Position numbers and translations under genes: made by a program
The notes under the pieces: generated by a model
Told to the model about the DNA's origin: nothing
Seen by the model: only the letters and a program-made list of their open reading frames with translations
Databases searched by the model: none
DNA from: Malacoraja senta
Lineage: Eukaryota
Length of the DNA: 64,000 bases
Direction of reading: 5' to 3'
NCBI GenBank assembly: GCA_038087875.1
Contig: CM075989.1
Coordinates: 23,066,001-23,130,000 of the forward strand
Part shown: positions 1-12,435 of the stretch, piece by piece
How the letters are laid out: the number at the start of each line of letters is the position of its first letter
How positions within the stretch are numbered: the stretch's first letter is position 1

Positions 1-267
1 GTCACGCACTGCCAGACTCAAGAACAGCTTTTACCCATCAGCAATCTTGGAACTGAACTCTGTCTCGGGAGCGGGTTATGGGGAAGGAGGGGGGGTGGGA
101 GACAGTGTTAATTTATGTAAATGTGAATCCATGGGTGGGTTTGGGGAGGGAGTGAGTGTAAAAAGTTTGAGTATGTGAATGTTTTAAGTTCTTTTAAATG
201 GAGAGACACAGTAATCTCGTTGTATGTGATACATGCAATGACAATAAAGCATTCTGATTCTGATTCT
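1..267 (+). mobile_element. 3' end of a Rex1/Babar-like LINE
   Basis: Encodes RTARLKNSFYPSAILELN; ends AATAAAGC(ATTCTG)n. Confidence 0.65.
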
Positions 268-2489
268 AACTAGCATAAAATATGCCAAAGTGTGCAGAAA
301 TAGGCCAATATATATCATTCCTTGCACTTGCCTGCGGTGATATTTGGGAATAATCAAAATATACCAAATATTAATGTTACAAAAACTACTAACAGAATGC
401 ATATAAATGTTGATAGTTGGATACATTTTGTGGCTCCTATTTCTTAGAAATAAACGCACGTGTGAAATGTGGAAGTATGTACGTCTAGCAAACCTTGAAA
501 TACAAATGCTTCACTTTGGTTTCTGTTGCTGAAAAGAAACTGTTTTGGTAGATTCCATCCACTCATGTTCTCAACATACAACTTATTAAAATATAAAGCA
601 GTTAGGATAGCCCACAAGGGGAATAGTATGGCAAAATCAACTAGTACTCCTCTTACACACATGCTAGTTTTGGACGTTAACTACACTATATTCCATTGAC
701 ATGGACCTTTGGCTAGTCAGAAGGGATAAAGAGACAGACTGTCTTAAATATTCTCAACAAATCCAGACAAAAACAAATTGCTGTGGCAATGTCTTACTGG
801 TATAAGTCTTTGCAGGTTTTCTGGTAAAGTGCACTTTTACAGTAAACAGTGCACAGTTTTAACCACACTTACTGGAAAGTCCCAGGCTTGAGATTTATGA
901 ACTGTAATTCAACCACGGAGCTCAATGAGAGATATAAAATCCTTTCATCTACAAAACCACGATGCAGACAAAACATGTGAATTTATAACTTCACATCCTC
1001 GATGACTCAGATGTTTTGGTATGGTTCCCAATTTTCCTATATCTGTACTTTAAATGCAGGGTGCACAGGAAACTAGAGAATAATACAGCTGATGCCAAAA
1101 TCATAACTGTCTTTCATAGCTCAATGGACCAATGTATTAAACTGCAGGAAAATGAAAGATGACGACATTTCAATTGAATATATTCATGTTGTACTATGAA
1201 AATACTAATTCACTACTGATTAAACTTCTTAGCAATTTTACATCTTTTATGTCTTCACCAAAACAAAATTAAGACATTCACAAATGAAGGATAAACCAAA
1301 TTCACATACTTTTCTGCAATTACCTTCAGTGTGTTGTTATTTTACAACACACATATCGCCAAAATAAATAAAATGATCCTAATTAAGACACACTACCTTT
1401 GCCCTGAAGTCACTTGTCATAATCATATCTGTCTTGGCCATTGGAAATTGATACCTTGCTCTTTTCTGCACCCTATTCGAAAGATATGCTGACAAAATTG
1501 GATGGGAAGAAACTCCCGTGGAACATAAAAACACCAGGAAAGATCAGGATAGAACTGACTGGGCATGAGGCCTATTTCTCTGCTGTATATATCATAACCT
1601 CATGATTCATATATGTGTTGCTAACTAAGGGGAAGACTAACAACACTACACAGTAACACCACTTCAAACCTTCTCTCCACCCTTCACCAAAATTACATCT
1701 GAAACCATTAAATCATCCAACGTCAGGTACTACATCAGCTGATACAAACTCATTACATCCGAATTAAAATTAGATTTTAATTTTTGTTACATTTTTAATC
1801 AGGCTATGATCACCCACCATACACCAGCCTGGAGAACATCAATCCATTATCCTGAATCTTTTTTAAATTTTTAAATTTTTTTTTAAAGGAAATGAAATAT
1901 ATGTTTTAAACATTTAAACACCAATGTAATGATAAATTTGGGTTGATCTTTGGTTATGTTATTTTATTATTATATGCTAATTCTTTCTATTTTTCAGCTT
2001 GACTCGTGCAACACAATCATCACACAGTTCTCTCGGAATTGATGAAAAAACCCAATACCAATTCACCAATTTAAAAAAACATATCTAGCAGATTTTTCCA
2101 TTGAATTAGCTCTGCTGATCTTCAAGGATAAAACAAGGATAATCTTCAATAAATGATCTGGAAAGTATTTTTGATAATGTGCTCAGATGAAAAAATTGAT
2201 TTTGAGGAGCTGGATAAAAATAAACCTCAACATTAGATTGCAACAATTTGTGAGTGTGGTACATGTTTGCACGCAGCATTAATACCCATAGGTAGACCCT
2301 AAAAAACAGGTTGTTTTTTAGGGTCTACCAAATCTTTGTTTTAATGAAGTGTTATTATAATTTCACACATTAAGAAACATTAAAACCCAAACGACACATT
2401 TCATACACAATTGCTTGCTAGTCAAGGATGAAACAATATCATTCCTGCACACTCAGTTATTCCGTACTGACATTATTATTCAGTGCTAT

Positions 2490-2870
2490 CCTGGTGTTGG
2501 AGCACAGGGGGTTAAGAGATGACCTTACCTTATGGAGATGTATAAGATCATGAAGGGAATAGATAGGGTAAATGCACAGTCTTTTACAGAGGGTAGGGGA
2601 ATCAAAAACAAGAGGACATTTGTTAAAAGCGAGGGGGTAAGACTTAATATGAATATGAGGGGCAAATGTTTCACTCAAATGGTGGTGGGTATATGGAACG
2701 AGCTGCCAGAGGAGGTCCTGAGGTAAATATTATAACATTTAAAAGACACTTGGACAGGTAAAGGGATTTGGGCCAAATGTTGGCAAATGGAATAGCTTAG
2801 ATCGGGCATCATGGTCGGCTTGGACGAGTTGGAATGAAGGGGCTGTTTCCATGCTGCATGAGTCGATGAC
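2490..2870 (+). mobile_element. CR1-like LINE 3' fragment
   Basis: EMYKIMKGIDRV...FTQMVVGIWNELPEEV plus family 3'UTR. Confidence 0.85.
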
Positions 2871-4633
2871 AAAATTTCTTCATGGCAACCTCAAGCCACC
2901 ATATACATAAGATCAAAGGAGAAGGGTGAAGTCATGAAAAATAGGTGTGGGAGGGAGAATATGCGGTTGGAGCAGGTGCAGTACCACAAGGAGACTCCCC
3001 CTGAGCAAGGAACAGAACCAGTCTTGCCTTGTGGCCACTGGTCCTATGGCCTGGTCTGATCAGCAGCAGCAACAGCACCACTAATTTGTGAACAGCAGTT
3101 ATTAATTTATAGAAGCCTCAGTTTTTACCAGGATATGTTGGTAAGAAAGCTTAATATAAAAAAGGGGTGATTTTCAACATATAAAAATGATATCCCAGGA
3201 AGATACCATAAATCACGCGTTCACATCTGCTGTGGTGATGTAAATAATAAGATTTGTGCATATTGATAATATTATCACATTTGCTCAACAACTGGGAAAT
3301 GATATCAGTGTCAGGATGAATCACGTACAAAGCGTTTGATACAATTTCCCGATGGACAGGATTCCACAAGAAAATGTATGTAAACGCTGTAAGACATGCC
3401 CCAAATCAAATATTATCTGTTATTTACTCATTAACAAACAAGCACAAATGTATGATCTTACATCAAATTTCCTTTTCCCTGGAAGGCAAAACAAAATATT
3501 AAAGGAGAATTATGAATTATTTTGGGTGTCATTTTTATAATAGAAATGTAAAACTAGTTTTCATCTTTCCTTCTCTATCAAATATCACAGCAACAAAAAC
3601 CTGTTAATAAAAGATTGCTGCTTCAGTAAGCACATATTACAACCTCAGTAGAACAGTGATATAAGCTGTTTCTACTGTAAGTGAAACTAACATTTATGTG
3701 CACACACAGACAGCGTGAACACTGTAGATTTCCCCAACACTCCATTCTATCTCCACTGCTGTATCCCAACACTACGATTTGCAGGACAAATCGCCAGTGC
3801 TGGATTGCAGGTACTTTTCCAAAATCCATTTATCCCTCCAGTCCTGCTATCGTAGGACTTAAATAAAGACCTGTCACATTCTTGCCTCCCTGGAATAAAA
3901 TTCACTTAATCTAAGGAGACATGATGTTAACCTCAGCATATATGAAACCATGATTTAATGAGCGCATTATGTTGAGGTAGCAGTGTACCGGAATATAAGA
4001 TTTTCAATTTGAAACAAAATACCATTTAGTGTAAAAAAAGACACAAAGTGCTGGCGTAACTGAGCAACTCCGTGGGTCAGGCAGCCTCTCTAGAGAACAT
4101 GGATAGGTAGTGTTTTGGGTTTAGACCCTTCTTCAGTCCTTTGTGTCATTTTGTGTATTAACCAGCTTCTGCAGTTCCTGGTTTCTACTATTTGGTGTAA
4201 TAAGTTCAATATGGTTGTAAAACCTTTTGCCTATGAGAATTTGAGACAACAGTCTACGGGACCTTTTCAAAAGATCAATCAATTAAAATTTGCCATTTGT
4301 TTCATTAACAGCATGATTGCTATCTGCCCACATGATTTGGTTATTTGAGCCACCTTTGCCTTTCAATACAGTATCATGTCTGAGCTTCTACATCTATCTT
4401 CCCACAAGATTCTCCTTATTCCTAATTCCTTCATAATTCAAAGTCTATTTTCCAAAATATGCATTCAATCTTCTAAGGTAGAGAATTACAAGGATTCATT
4501 GCCATACAGAATTTTCCCCTCATTTCAGTTCTAAATAGTTTTTACTGTAAAAACAAAGAAAAGGGTCTCGAACCAAAATGTCATCAGCCATGTTCTCCAG
4601 AGATGCTGCCTGACCCGCTGAGTTACTTTATTT

Positions 4634-4827
4634 GGACTTCCGGTGGCGTCATGTTAGACTAACAGACGTGCACCCAGCTCCTCTCCCGAAAAACTTCACG
4701 ATTTATCGTGTAAAACGGGTCCGAAAATCGGGATTGTTTTTAAAAACCTTACCGGAGCTTCTGGTTACCGCGCTGATGACGTCATCGTTAAACGCGATGT
4801 TTTAAACGGTGGTTTGAAGCCCTTTAA
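4634..4827 (+). promoter_or_regulatory. L1 5'UTR / putative internal promoter
   Basis: Begins GGACTTCCGGT (ETS-type CCGGAAGT on the minus strand); palindromic CRE GATGACGTCATC at 4775-4786; CpG-rich relative to flanks. Confidence 0.6.
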
Positions 4828-5898
4828 ATGAGTAAATTGACTCCAGCTGTGAGCCCTCAGAGAGCTGTGAATAAACTGTCGAAACAGTTCGAAACTGAAG
4901 TTACCTCTGAAGTCTCTGAAGTGGCTGCAGAAATGGATACAAGATCTAAGAAAGACTTTGATGACTTGAAAAAATCAATGAAAAATTTGAAAGATGAGAT
5001 CTCGGATAATAGGGTGGAAGATAAGAAGGAAATGAAGGAAAATTCGGCAAAAATGATGGAAGGAATGCAGAAGATGATGAAGGATTTAAATGCTGGTAAC
5101 CAGAAGAATATGACGGATTTACTGGACACTATGAATAAACGAATTGATGAGGTGAAAGATGGACTATCAGAGAAAATGGATAAGATGGATGTAATTACTA
5201 CGGATAAGTTCACGGCTGTACTTGAAACAGTAGCTGCAAGTATGCAGACAATTACGGAATTGGAGAAAAATACGGCACGACTGGTTGAAGACATGGCGAA
5301 ATTGAGGCAAGAACATGAGCAAATGAGGCGAGAAAACGAACAAGCATCACTACAAATGGGGACTCAATTAGAGAAAGTCTCATTCAAATGCCTGGACCTG
5401 GAAGCTCGTTCTAGACGCCAGAATCTGAGGATTCTTGGTGTTTCAGAGGGGGCAGAAGGGGAACAGGTACGTGAATTTGCCATGGGCTTGTTGAAACAAC
5501 TGTTGAATCTTCCCAAGGAACCGAAAATCGAAGTGGCTCATCGTGTCCCAAGATTTGGAAAAAGATTTGATGCGGGAAAAGCTTATCCACGACATATTAT
5601 AGTGAAATTTCGAGACACTGCAGAACTGGAATATGTTATGACAAAAATCAAATATGGTGTACAATTACGGCTGGACAAAGACACTATTAAGATATTCAGG
5701 GACTACCCACATGAAATTGTGCAAAAAAGAAACAAATTTGATAAGGTTAAAGATCTTTTAAGAGGGAGAGAAGGGGTCAGATTCGGGGTTTTTTATCCCG
5801 CTAAAATGCGTATTTCTTTTAATGGTCTTGAAAAGTCATTTGTTAAGCCTGAAGACGCTTTCAAATATGCCCAAACGATTGTTGAAAGACAGAAATAA
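4828..5898 (+). CDS. L1 ORF1p (coiled coil + RRM + CTD; Transposase_22-like), 356 aa
   Basis: Heptad-rich N-terminal half, then LEARSRRQNLRILGVSE, IEVAHRVP, PRHIIVKF, IFRDY and YPAKMRI, typical of vertebrate L1 ORF1. Confidence 0.95.
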   Translation: MSKLTPAVSPQRAVNKLSKQFETEVTSEVSEVAAEMDTRSKKDFDDLKKSMKNLKDEISDNRVEDKKEMKENSAKMMEGMQKMMKDLNAGNQKNMTDLLDTMNKRIDEVKDGLSEKMDKMDVITTDKFTAVLETVAASMQTITELEKNTARLVEDMAKLRQEHEQMRRENEQASLQMGTQLEKVSFKCLDLEARSRRQNLRILGVSEGAEGEQVREFAMGLLKQLLNLPKEPKIEVAHRVPRFGKRFDAGKAYPRHIIVKFRDTAELEYVMTKIKYGVQLRLDKDTIKIFRDYPHEIVQKRNKFDKVKDLLRGREGVRFGVFYPAKMRISFNGLEKSFVKPEDAFKYAQTIVERQK

Positions 5899-6703
5899 AA
5901 GGGAGCTTTGGCAGATCCGAATAATTCTCAGCTATGTTTTGTCTGGGGATAGTTACATTGTTATCTCCGGAATGTTGAAGCAAGGACATTTTCTGTTCAA
6001 AACGTGTAAACAACTTTATAACGGGATATGAATTAGAAAATAATTGCTTATTGATTAAAATGTTATAACCAATTGTAAGAACTTATCCTATTAACAACTT
6101 TAAAAGTTATGCAGGTTAGATTAGAATACTAACAAAAAAAACAAAAAAATAATGAACTAACATACTAATATGAATTTTTAATAAATTGTAACCTTGTCTA
6201 TAAGCGGGAGGAGGGGATGAGAAACGAGCTCCTGGCTTATGTCCAGGAGCACGTCTCGTTAACCCCTTCAACCAACAGCTGATTCTTATTGAAATCAAAA
6301 ATATTGGTTTAATAATTAAACTCTGATATATATATATGTTATAAGGAAATATCAGGGTAAAATTGTATTATATATATGAATGTGAGGCCTCGTTTTAATA
6401 TTTTAATATGTTATGATTAACTAAGAGAGCGGAGCGAGTTGAGCAACAACGCAATGGAAGTCAAAATAAGGTTTTTTCCCACCTACAGGTGGGTCACTTG
6501 CTACAGTGCCGACTATAGACACTGTAGCCTCACTTTTTTAGTTTTTTTTTTATTACATAAAATCACTTGTTTGTGTTTTGTGTTTAGTGATAAGAATAAT
6601 ATGGACATACCAACAAAAGTTAATAATTCAAAAACTCCCCCAATACCTAAAGACCTGGGATATGGACGCACCACAAGATTCAAAGGTACTATAATTATTC
6701 AAA

Positions 6704-9700
6704 ATGCATGACACCACACAAAAGAACCTAGGAGGAGTCTCATTTTGTAGTTGGAATATAAGAGGTATTAATGAACCTATCAAAAGGGGTAAGATATTAG
6801 CTCAGCTAAAAATGTATAATTCTGACATTACCTTCCTACAAGAAACACACCTAAAACCTCAGGACCAAGTTAGGCTGAGGGCGAAATGGATAGGTCAAAC
6901 ATACCACTCTTCATTCACTTCAAAATCTAGAGGCACGTCAATTATCATAAGAAAAGGTATACCATTTAAAGCAAAGAATATTATAACAGATATAGAAGGG
7001 AGATACCTAATAGTTAATGGAGAAATCCATGACACTCCACTTACTTTGGTAAATATATATGCCCCTAACTTTGATAACCCCCACTTTTTCAATAAAATCT
7101 TCAATATAATTGCAGAGTCAAACTATCAAAATGTTATAATAGGCGGAGACTTTAACTGTGTTTTAGACCCGTACTTAGATAAATCAAGTCAAAAACAGAG
7201 AGGGAATATGAAATCGAAAACTGGGGAACTCCTCAATACCTACATAAACAACACTAATATAGCAGATGTTTGGAGAATTGTGAATCCAACTGGCAGGGAA
7301 TATTCGTTTTACTCAATGGTACATAAGACATACTCACGTATAGACTACTTTCTGCTGGATACAAAATTAATCCCCCAAACATCTAATGCAATATATCATA
7401 CAAATTCAATTTCAGACCATTCTCCACTAACTTTCTTTTTAAAACTGGAAGGATTGTCTAAGAATAATTCATTCTGGAGATTTAACTCTCAAATTTTAAA
7501 AGATCCACAAGCGAGTATATATTTAAAAGAACAAATGGAGGTCTTTTTTCAAACAAATGATACTTCAGATATATCGCCTACTTTACTTTGGGAATCTTTT
7601 AAAGCATACATTAGGGGTATTATAATTTCATATCAAGCTTTTCAAAATAAAAAGAATAAGAATGAACAAAGACAGTTAGAAGAACTTATTAGACAAATGG
7701 ATATAGATAATGCTAAAGATCCATCAATAGATAAACATAATAAAATAATAATTTTAAAATTTAAATTAAATAAATTATTATCTGCCAAACTTATAAGACT
7801 TTTTCAAATTACAAAACAAGAGCACTTTGAATTTGGGGATAAACCGCATAAACTTTTGGCTCGCCAGCTAAAAAAACGAGAAAAGGAACATACTATACCA
7901 AAGATCAAATCAGATAAAGGGGAATTATTAACAACACCGAAGGATATTAATAAAAGATTTGCGCAATTTTACGAGAATTTGTATACATCTAAAACGATAA
8001 TTGATTCCAATAATATCACAAAGTTCTTGGATACCTGTAATCTTCCAAAGTTAGAGCTGAAGGAACAAGAGGAACTGGGTGCACAAATCTCAATTAAGGA
8101 ATTAGAAGATACAATAAACTCACTAAAAAATGGAAAAACACCAGGCCCTGATGGATTTACTAATGAATTTTATAAAAACTTTTATGATAAAATAATACCA
8201 AGATTACAAAAAATGTACCAATACGCTTTTAAAAAACGAATACTACCTGATACATTAGCGGAATCAACGATTACATTAATACCTAAGAAAAATAAGGATT
8301 TAGAAGAACCTGGCTCATATAGAGCTATAGCATTGTTAAACACAGATCAAAAAATATTAGCGAAAACATTAGCCAGAAGATTAAGTAAATACATTAGTAA
8401 ATTAATAAACCCAGATCAGACAGGGTTTATCCCTAAGAGATACTCTTCTAATAATATGAGACGTCTACTCAACATAATGCACTCACACAAATCTGAAGAT
8501 CAAGAATTATCAATTATTTCGCTGGATGCTGAAAAAGCATTTGATCAAGTAGAATGGAATTATATGGATAAAGTATTACAAAAATTTCAACTGGGAGAGA
8601 ATTTTATTTTATGGATTAAGTTACTATATAACAAACCTACAGCTAGAATACTTACTAATAACATATTATCCTCGAAATTTCAACTATCAAGGGGAAATAG
8701 ACAAGGATGCTCATTATCACCACAGCTGTTTGCTCTCATTATTGAACCGCTAGCAGAAAAAATTAGAATACACCCTGATATTCATGGATATAATACTAAA
8801 GACTCATATAATAAAATATCTTTATACGCGGATGATATATTATTGTATATTACAAAACCTCAAATCACTATACCAAATATATTAAATTTAATTGAAGACT
8901 TCGGATCTTTTTCTGGATATAGAATAAATTGGAATAAAAGTGAAATTATGTCAATAAAACCGAAAGATTCAACACATCTTTTAAAATTCCCTTTTAAAAT
9001 AGCTACAGAAAAATTTAAATATTTGGGAATCGAAATTACCAGAGCATATCAAGGTATGCTCAGGGCAAATTTTGACCCCCTACTTAAACTGAATACATTA
9101 ATTAAATTCTGGAAAACGCTTCCGATGTCTTTAATAGGCCGAATAAACGCAATAAAAATGATCTTTTTACCACAAATTTTATACCTATTTCAATCAATTC
9201 CTATATACTTACCTAAGAAGTTTTTTAAAAAACTCGACTCGGATATCACTAATTTTATATGGGACTATAAATCACATAGAATACAAAAAACCCATCTGAA
9301 TAAATCTAAAGTATTGGGGGGTCTAGCACTACCCAATTTTATGTATTATTATTGGTCAGTAAATATTAAAAACATGATTCAACTGATGGATAACTCCGCC
9401 CAGCAAGTAGACTGGATTGTAATGGAGAAAGAGGATTGCTCCTCTAGAAACATTGGAGCGATCCTCCTCTCTCCAATGAAATTGAATAACATAAACTATA
9501 ATAAGAACCCAATTATTCATAGTACAATCCGTATTTGGAAACAAATAAAACAAAATTTAAAATTAAGAAACTTATCACTTTTATTACCTATAGTCAATAA
9601 CCCTTCGTTTAGTCCTTCTATTATAGATAAAGCTTATACACAATGGGATAGACTAGGAATTAAAACGCTTGGTGACTTGTATGAAACTGGAAAATTACTT

Positions 9701-10492
9701 TCATTTCAACAATTACAAATAAAATATAAACTCGGAAATAATCAATATTTTAAATACTTTCAAATATGCGACTATTTGAAAAAATATATAAAAGATCATC
9801 ATAATAACCCAGCAGATGTACTGGACGAGGCAATGCAGATAAAAGCGGAATCAGCAAACTTAATATCATATTTGTACAATATTATCTTAAATGTACAAAT
9901 ACCATCTACGGAGGGTATCAGAAGAGACTGGGAACAAGAGTTAGCTATTAAAATTTCAAAGGAAAGTTGGAATGAATACTTATTAAAAGTACATAAATGC
10001 TCGATTAATGTAAGACACACTTTAATACAATTTAAAATTTTACATAGATTATATTATTCGAAAACTAAAATTCATAAAATTTTCCCAAACGTATCATCTA
10101 TTTGTGATAAATGTCAATCCCAAGAAGCAACTATAGCGCACTCATTTGTCTTTTGTACAAAAATTCAAAAATTTTGGAATGAAATTTTTGAAATCTTTAC
10201 AAAGTTATTTAAAACAAGACTGATACCCAAAGCAGAATGGATTATCTTCGGAATAACGGAAGATGATCCAGAACTAAATGTGTTTCAAAAGAAATTAATG
10301 GATTATGGGTTAATAACTGGAAAAAAGCTAATTCTAAAATTTTGGAAGAAGGCTCCAATACCAACTATAAATATGTGGATTTCAAATATGTTTGAAACAC
10401 TACACCTTGAAGAGATAAGACTCCTCCTAGCAGGTAAACCAGATCACTTCCACCTGACGTGGTCTGCATTTATAGAATTATTACAAACATAG
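6704..10492 (+). CDS. L1 ORF2p: APE endonuclease + reverse transcriptase + C-terminal zinc-knuckle, 1262 aa
   Basis: EN motifs SWNIRG, LQETH, IYAPN, GGDFN, SRIDY, SDH; RT motifs PGPDG, SLDAEKAFD, RQGCSLSP, LYADD, KYLGI; CDKC...H....C knuckle. Confidence 0.98.
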   Translation: MHDTTQKNLGGVSFCSWNIRGINEPIKRGKILAQLKMYNSDITFLQETHLKPQDQVRLRAKWIGQTYHSSFTSKSRGTSIIIRKGIPFKAKNIITDIEGRYLIVNGEIHDTPLTLVNIYAPNFDNPHFFNKIFNIIAESNYQNVIIGGDFNCVLDPYLDKSSQKQRGNMKSKTGELLNTYINNTNIADVWRIVNPTGREYSFYSMVHKTYSRIDYFLLDTKLIPQTSNAIYHTNSISDHSPLTFFLKLEGLSKNNSFWRFNSQILKDPQASIYLKEQMEVFFQTNDTSDISPTLLWESFKAYIRGIIISYQAFQNKKNKNEQRQLEELIRQMDIDNAKDPSIDKHNKIIILKFKLNKLLSAKLIRLFQITKQEHFEFGDKPHKLLARQLKKREKEHTIPKIKSDKGELLTTPKDINKRFAQFYENLYTSKTIIDSNNITKFLDTCNLPKLELKEQEELGAQISIKELEDTINSLKNGKTPGPDGFTNEFYKNFYDKIIPRLQKMYQYAFKKRILPDTLAESTITLIPKKNKDLEEPGSYRAIALLNTDQKILAKTLARRLSKYISKLINPDQTGFIPKRYSSNNMRRLLNIMHSHKSEDQELSIISLDAEKAFDQVEWNYMDKVLQKFQLGENFILWIKLLYNKPTARILTNNILSSKFQLSRGNRQGCSLSPQLFALIIEPLAEKIRIHPDIHGYNTKDSYNKISLYADDILLYITKPQITIPNILNLIEDFGSFSGYRINWNKSEIMSIKPKDSTHLLKFPFKIATEKFKYLGIEITRAYQGMLRANFDPLLKLNTLIKFWKTLPMSLIGRINAIKMIFLPQILYLFQSIPIYLPKKFFKKLDSDITNFIWDYKSHRIQKTHLNKSKVLGGLALPNFMYYYWSVNIKNMIQLMDNSAQQVDWIVMEKEDCSSRNIGAILLSPMKLNNINYNKNPIIHSTIRIWKQIKQNLKLRNLSLLLPIVNNPSFSPSIIDKAYTQWDRLGIKTLGDLYETGKLLSFQQLQIKYKLGNNQYFKYFQICDYLKKYIKDHHNNPADVLDEAMQIKAESANLISYLYNIILNVQIPSTEGIRRDWEQELAIKISKESWNEYLLKVHKCSINVRHTLIQFKILHRLYYSKTKIHKIFPNVSSICDKCQSQEATIAHSFVFCTKIQKFWNEIFEIFTKLFKTRLIPKAEWIIFGITEDDPELNVFQKKLMDYGLITGKKLILKFWKKAPIPTINMWISNMFETLHLEEIRLLLAGKPDHFHLTWSAFIELLQT

Positions 10493-10881
10493 GGTGCAAA
10501 AGTACTTTAAAAAAATAAAAAATTGAGGTCGGGTAAGGGGGGATGATAGTTGAAGAGTTGGTATGTCCTATTTACGTGATGCTCAAAAAAAAACATTTGT
10601 TTTTCTTTTTTTCTCTTTCTCTTTTCTTTTCTTAGGGCCTATTTCTTAACTCTTTTTCTTTTTGTTTTTAATTTCGCTCTCATAGGGTCTTCGTCCTTTT
10701 TTGTTGTTACATTTTCTACACTTTTCTACACTTGCACTTTTTCCTTCACTTTCTTCTCTCTTTCAATCTTTTCTTTCTTTAGTGTAAAAAAATAAATAAA
10801 GGGAGTACATTAATTGTAAGAAGATATAAATGACGAGTATTAATGTATGTGGCTGTGATGTAATGTACTTCTAATAAATAA

Positions 10882-10915
<34 letters not shown>

Positions 10916-12310
10916 TTACTTTATTTGGTATAAATCAGCATCTGTTGTTCATTGTTATTAGCTTTTACTCTGTGATTGCAACTCTCCAGGTAAGGAAAGC
11001 ATACTCCAGCAAGAACTTTCAGATCCTTTTAAGAAAATTGCTTCAAGAAGATCCTCTATTACTTTTTAGCACTCTAGAAAATATGGACCTGGTCTACTCA
11101 GCCTTCCTCATTCCGGAATGCAATTTTAGGAATATTCATTATATATACTGTACACACATCCATCATAAATATATTTAAAAAAACATACACAATAGAGACT
11201 GAAGAAGTGTCCCAACCTGACCAGAAAAGTCACCTATCCATGTCCTCTCAAGATGCTGCCTGACTCGCTGAGTTACTCCAGCACTTTGTGTTTTACGTAA
11301 AGTTCCAGCATCTGCAGTTCCTTGTTTGCACAGTAGTCTTGACATGGTCAAAACAAGGCCCTGATTAACTTTGAGAAGTCTTATGCATTCGTACCATCTA
11401 ATCCTTTTTGTAATGAAGGCTAACATAAGATTTGCTTTCCTAACATATGACTGCACCAGTTTTTAACTTTCTGCAATTAACACCAATAATATCTAAAATA
11501 TCATTAAAATGTAAAATGTCATATTTCTTCACATTATCTTCAATATGCTATATTAACCATTCACATTATTAATCAGCCCATATGTTTTTGCAGCCAGAAT
11601 CTCTCTCACAGCTTCTTTTCACATTTTTACATAAATTATCTGCATTCCCGTAATTCTCTTGAATAGGGAATTCCAGGGTTTAGACTCAGCACTAAATAAA
11701 GTCAATGTATTACAGTGGATGATTTGAAGTGGAACCTGCAGGCAGTGGTTACACCATGCATTTGCTGTTCATATCCTACAAGTTGGTATAGAACATGGTT
11801 TTGGATGTGGGTTGTTGGAGAAGCTTTGTTTAGCTGGTAGACACAAAATGCTGGAGTAACTCGTGGGACAGGCAGCATCTCTGGAGAGAAGGAATGGATG
11901 ACGTTTCGGGTTGAGATCCTCCTTCAGACTGATGTCAGGGGAGTGGGCGGGACAGGCAGAATGTAGTTGGAGACAGAAATACTGGCGGGAGAACTGGTAA
12001 GGGGGAGGGAATGGAGAGAGAGTGAAAGCAAGGGCTATTAGTTGGTGCAGTGTAATATTTTTTGTGGATTGAACACACTGTAGACAGGGTTAACTATACA
12101 AGTGCTTAGGTTGGTGAAAGGAGTGCCAATCATGAGAGCTGCTTTGTGTTGGATGGTGTTAAGCTTCTTAAGTATTGTTAGAACTGCACCCGGCAAATGG
12201 AAAGTATGCTATTGAACTCCTAATACTTTGAATATTAAAAAGCTTTTGTATATGAGGAACGTGTATTCAAAGCAAAGTCTTGAAACATTGATAGATTTAT
12301 AGAAATCTAC

Positions 12311-12435
12311 CTTATTAGCTGTCTCCGTATCAGTTGTTTTTCTTCGTCGTTGTATCCAGGCCAATCCTGTTGAATTTCTTTGTAGAGTTCATCCCTTAAT
12401 GTGTAGCTGTTGTCTTTTACATTTAATTTTGCCAC
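12311..12435 (-). CDS. ELL2-like: ELL-family coding exon 6 (VAKLNVKDNSYTLRDELYKEIQQDWPGYNDEEKQLIRRQLI), 125 nt; gene continues beyond
   Basis: VA.LN.KD.SYTL...KE.Q.DWPGY motif; ctgtag acceptor and gtagat donor; phase 0/2. Confidence 0.95.

Larger units (their letters stand above)
4636..10912 (+). mobile_element. Full-length, apparently intact L1 (LINE-1 clade) retrotransposon, antisense to ELL
   Basis: CpG-rich 5'UTR, two uninterrupted ORFs, T-rich 3'UTR, AATAAA at 10873, A26 tail at 10887-10912, perfect TSD GAGTTACTTTATTTGG at 4620-4635 and 10913-10928 (the last GG may belong to the element). Confidence 0.97.

Noticed and set aside
3455..3500. Possible ELL exon 7 acceptor (ttgccttccag on the minus strand)
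   Set aside because: The required phase reaches a stop after four codons and has no ELL similarity; no credible exon 7 was found in 1-12310.
4857..5294. 145-aa antisense ORF in L1 (ORF0-like)
   Set aside because: Shadow of the A-rich coiled-coil codons of ORF1; no independent support.
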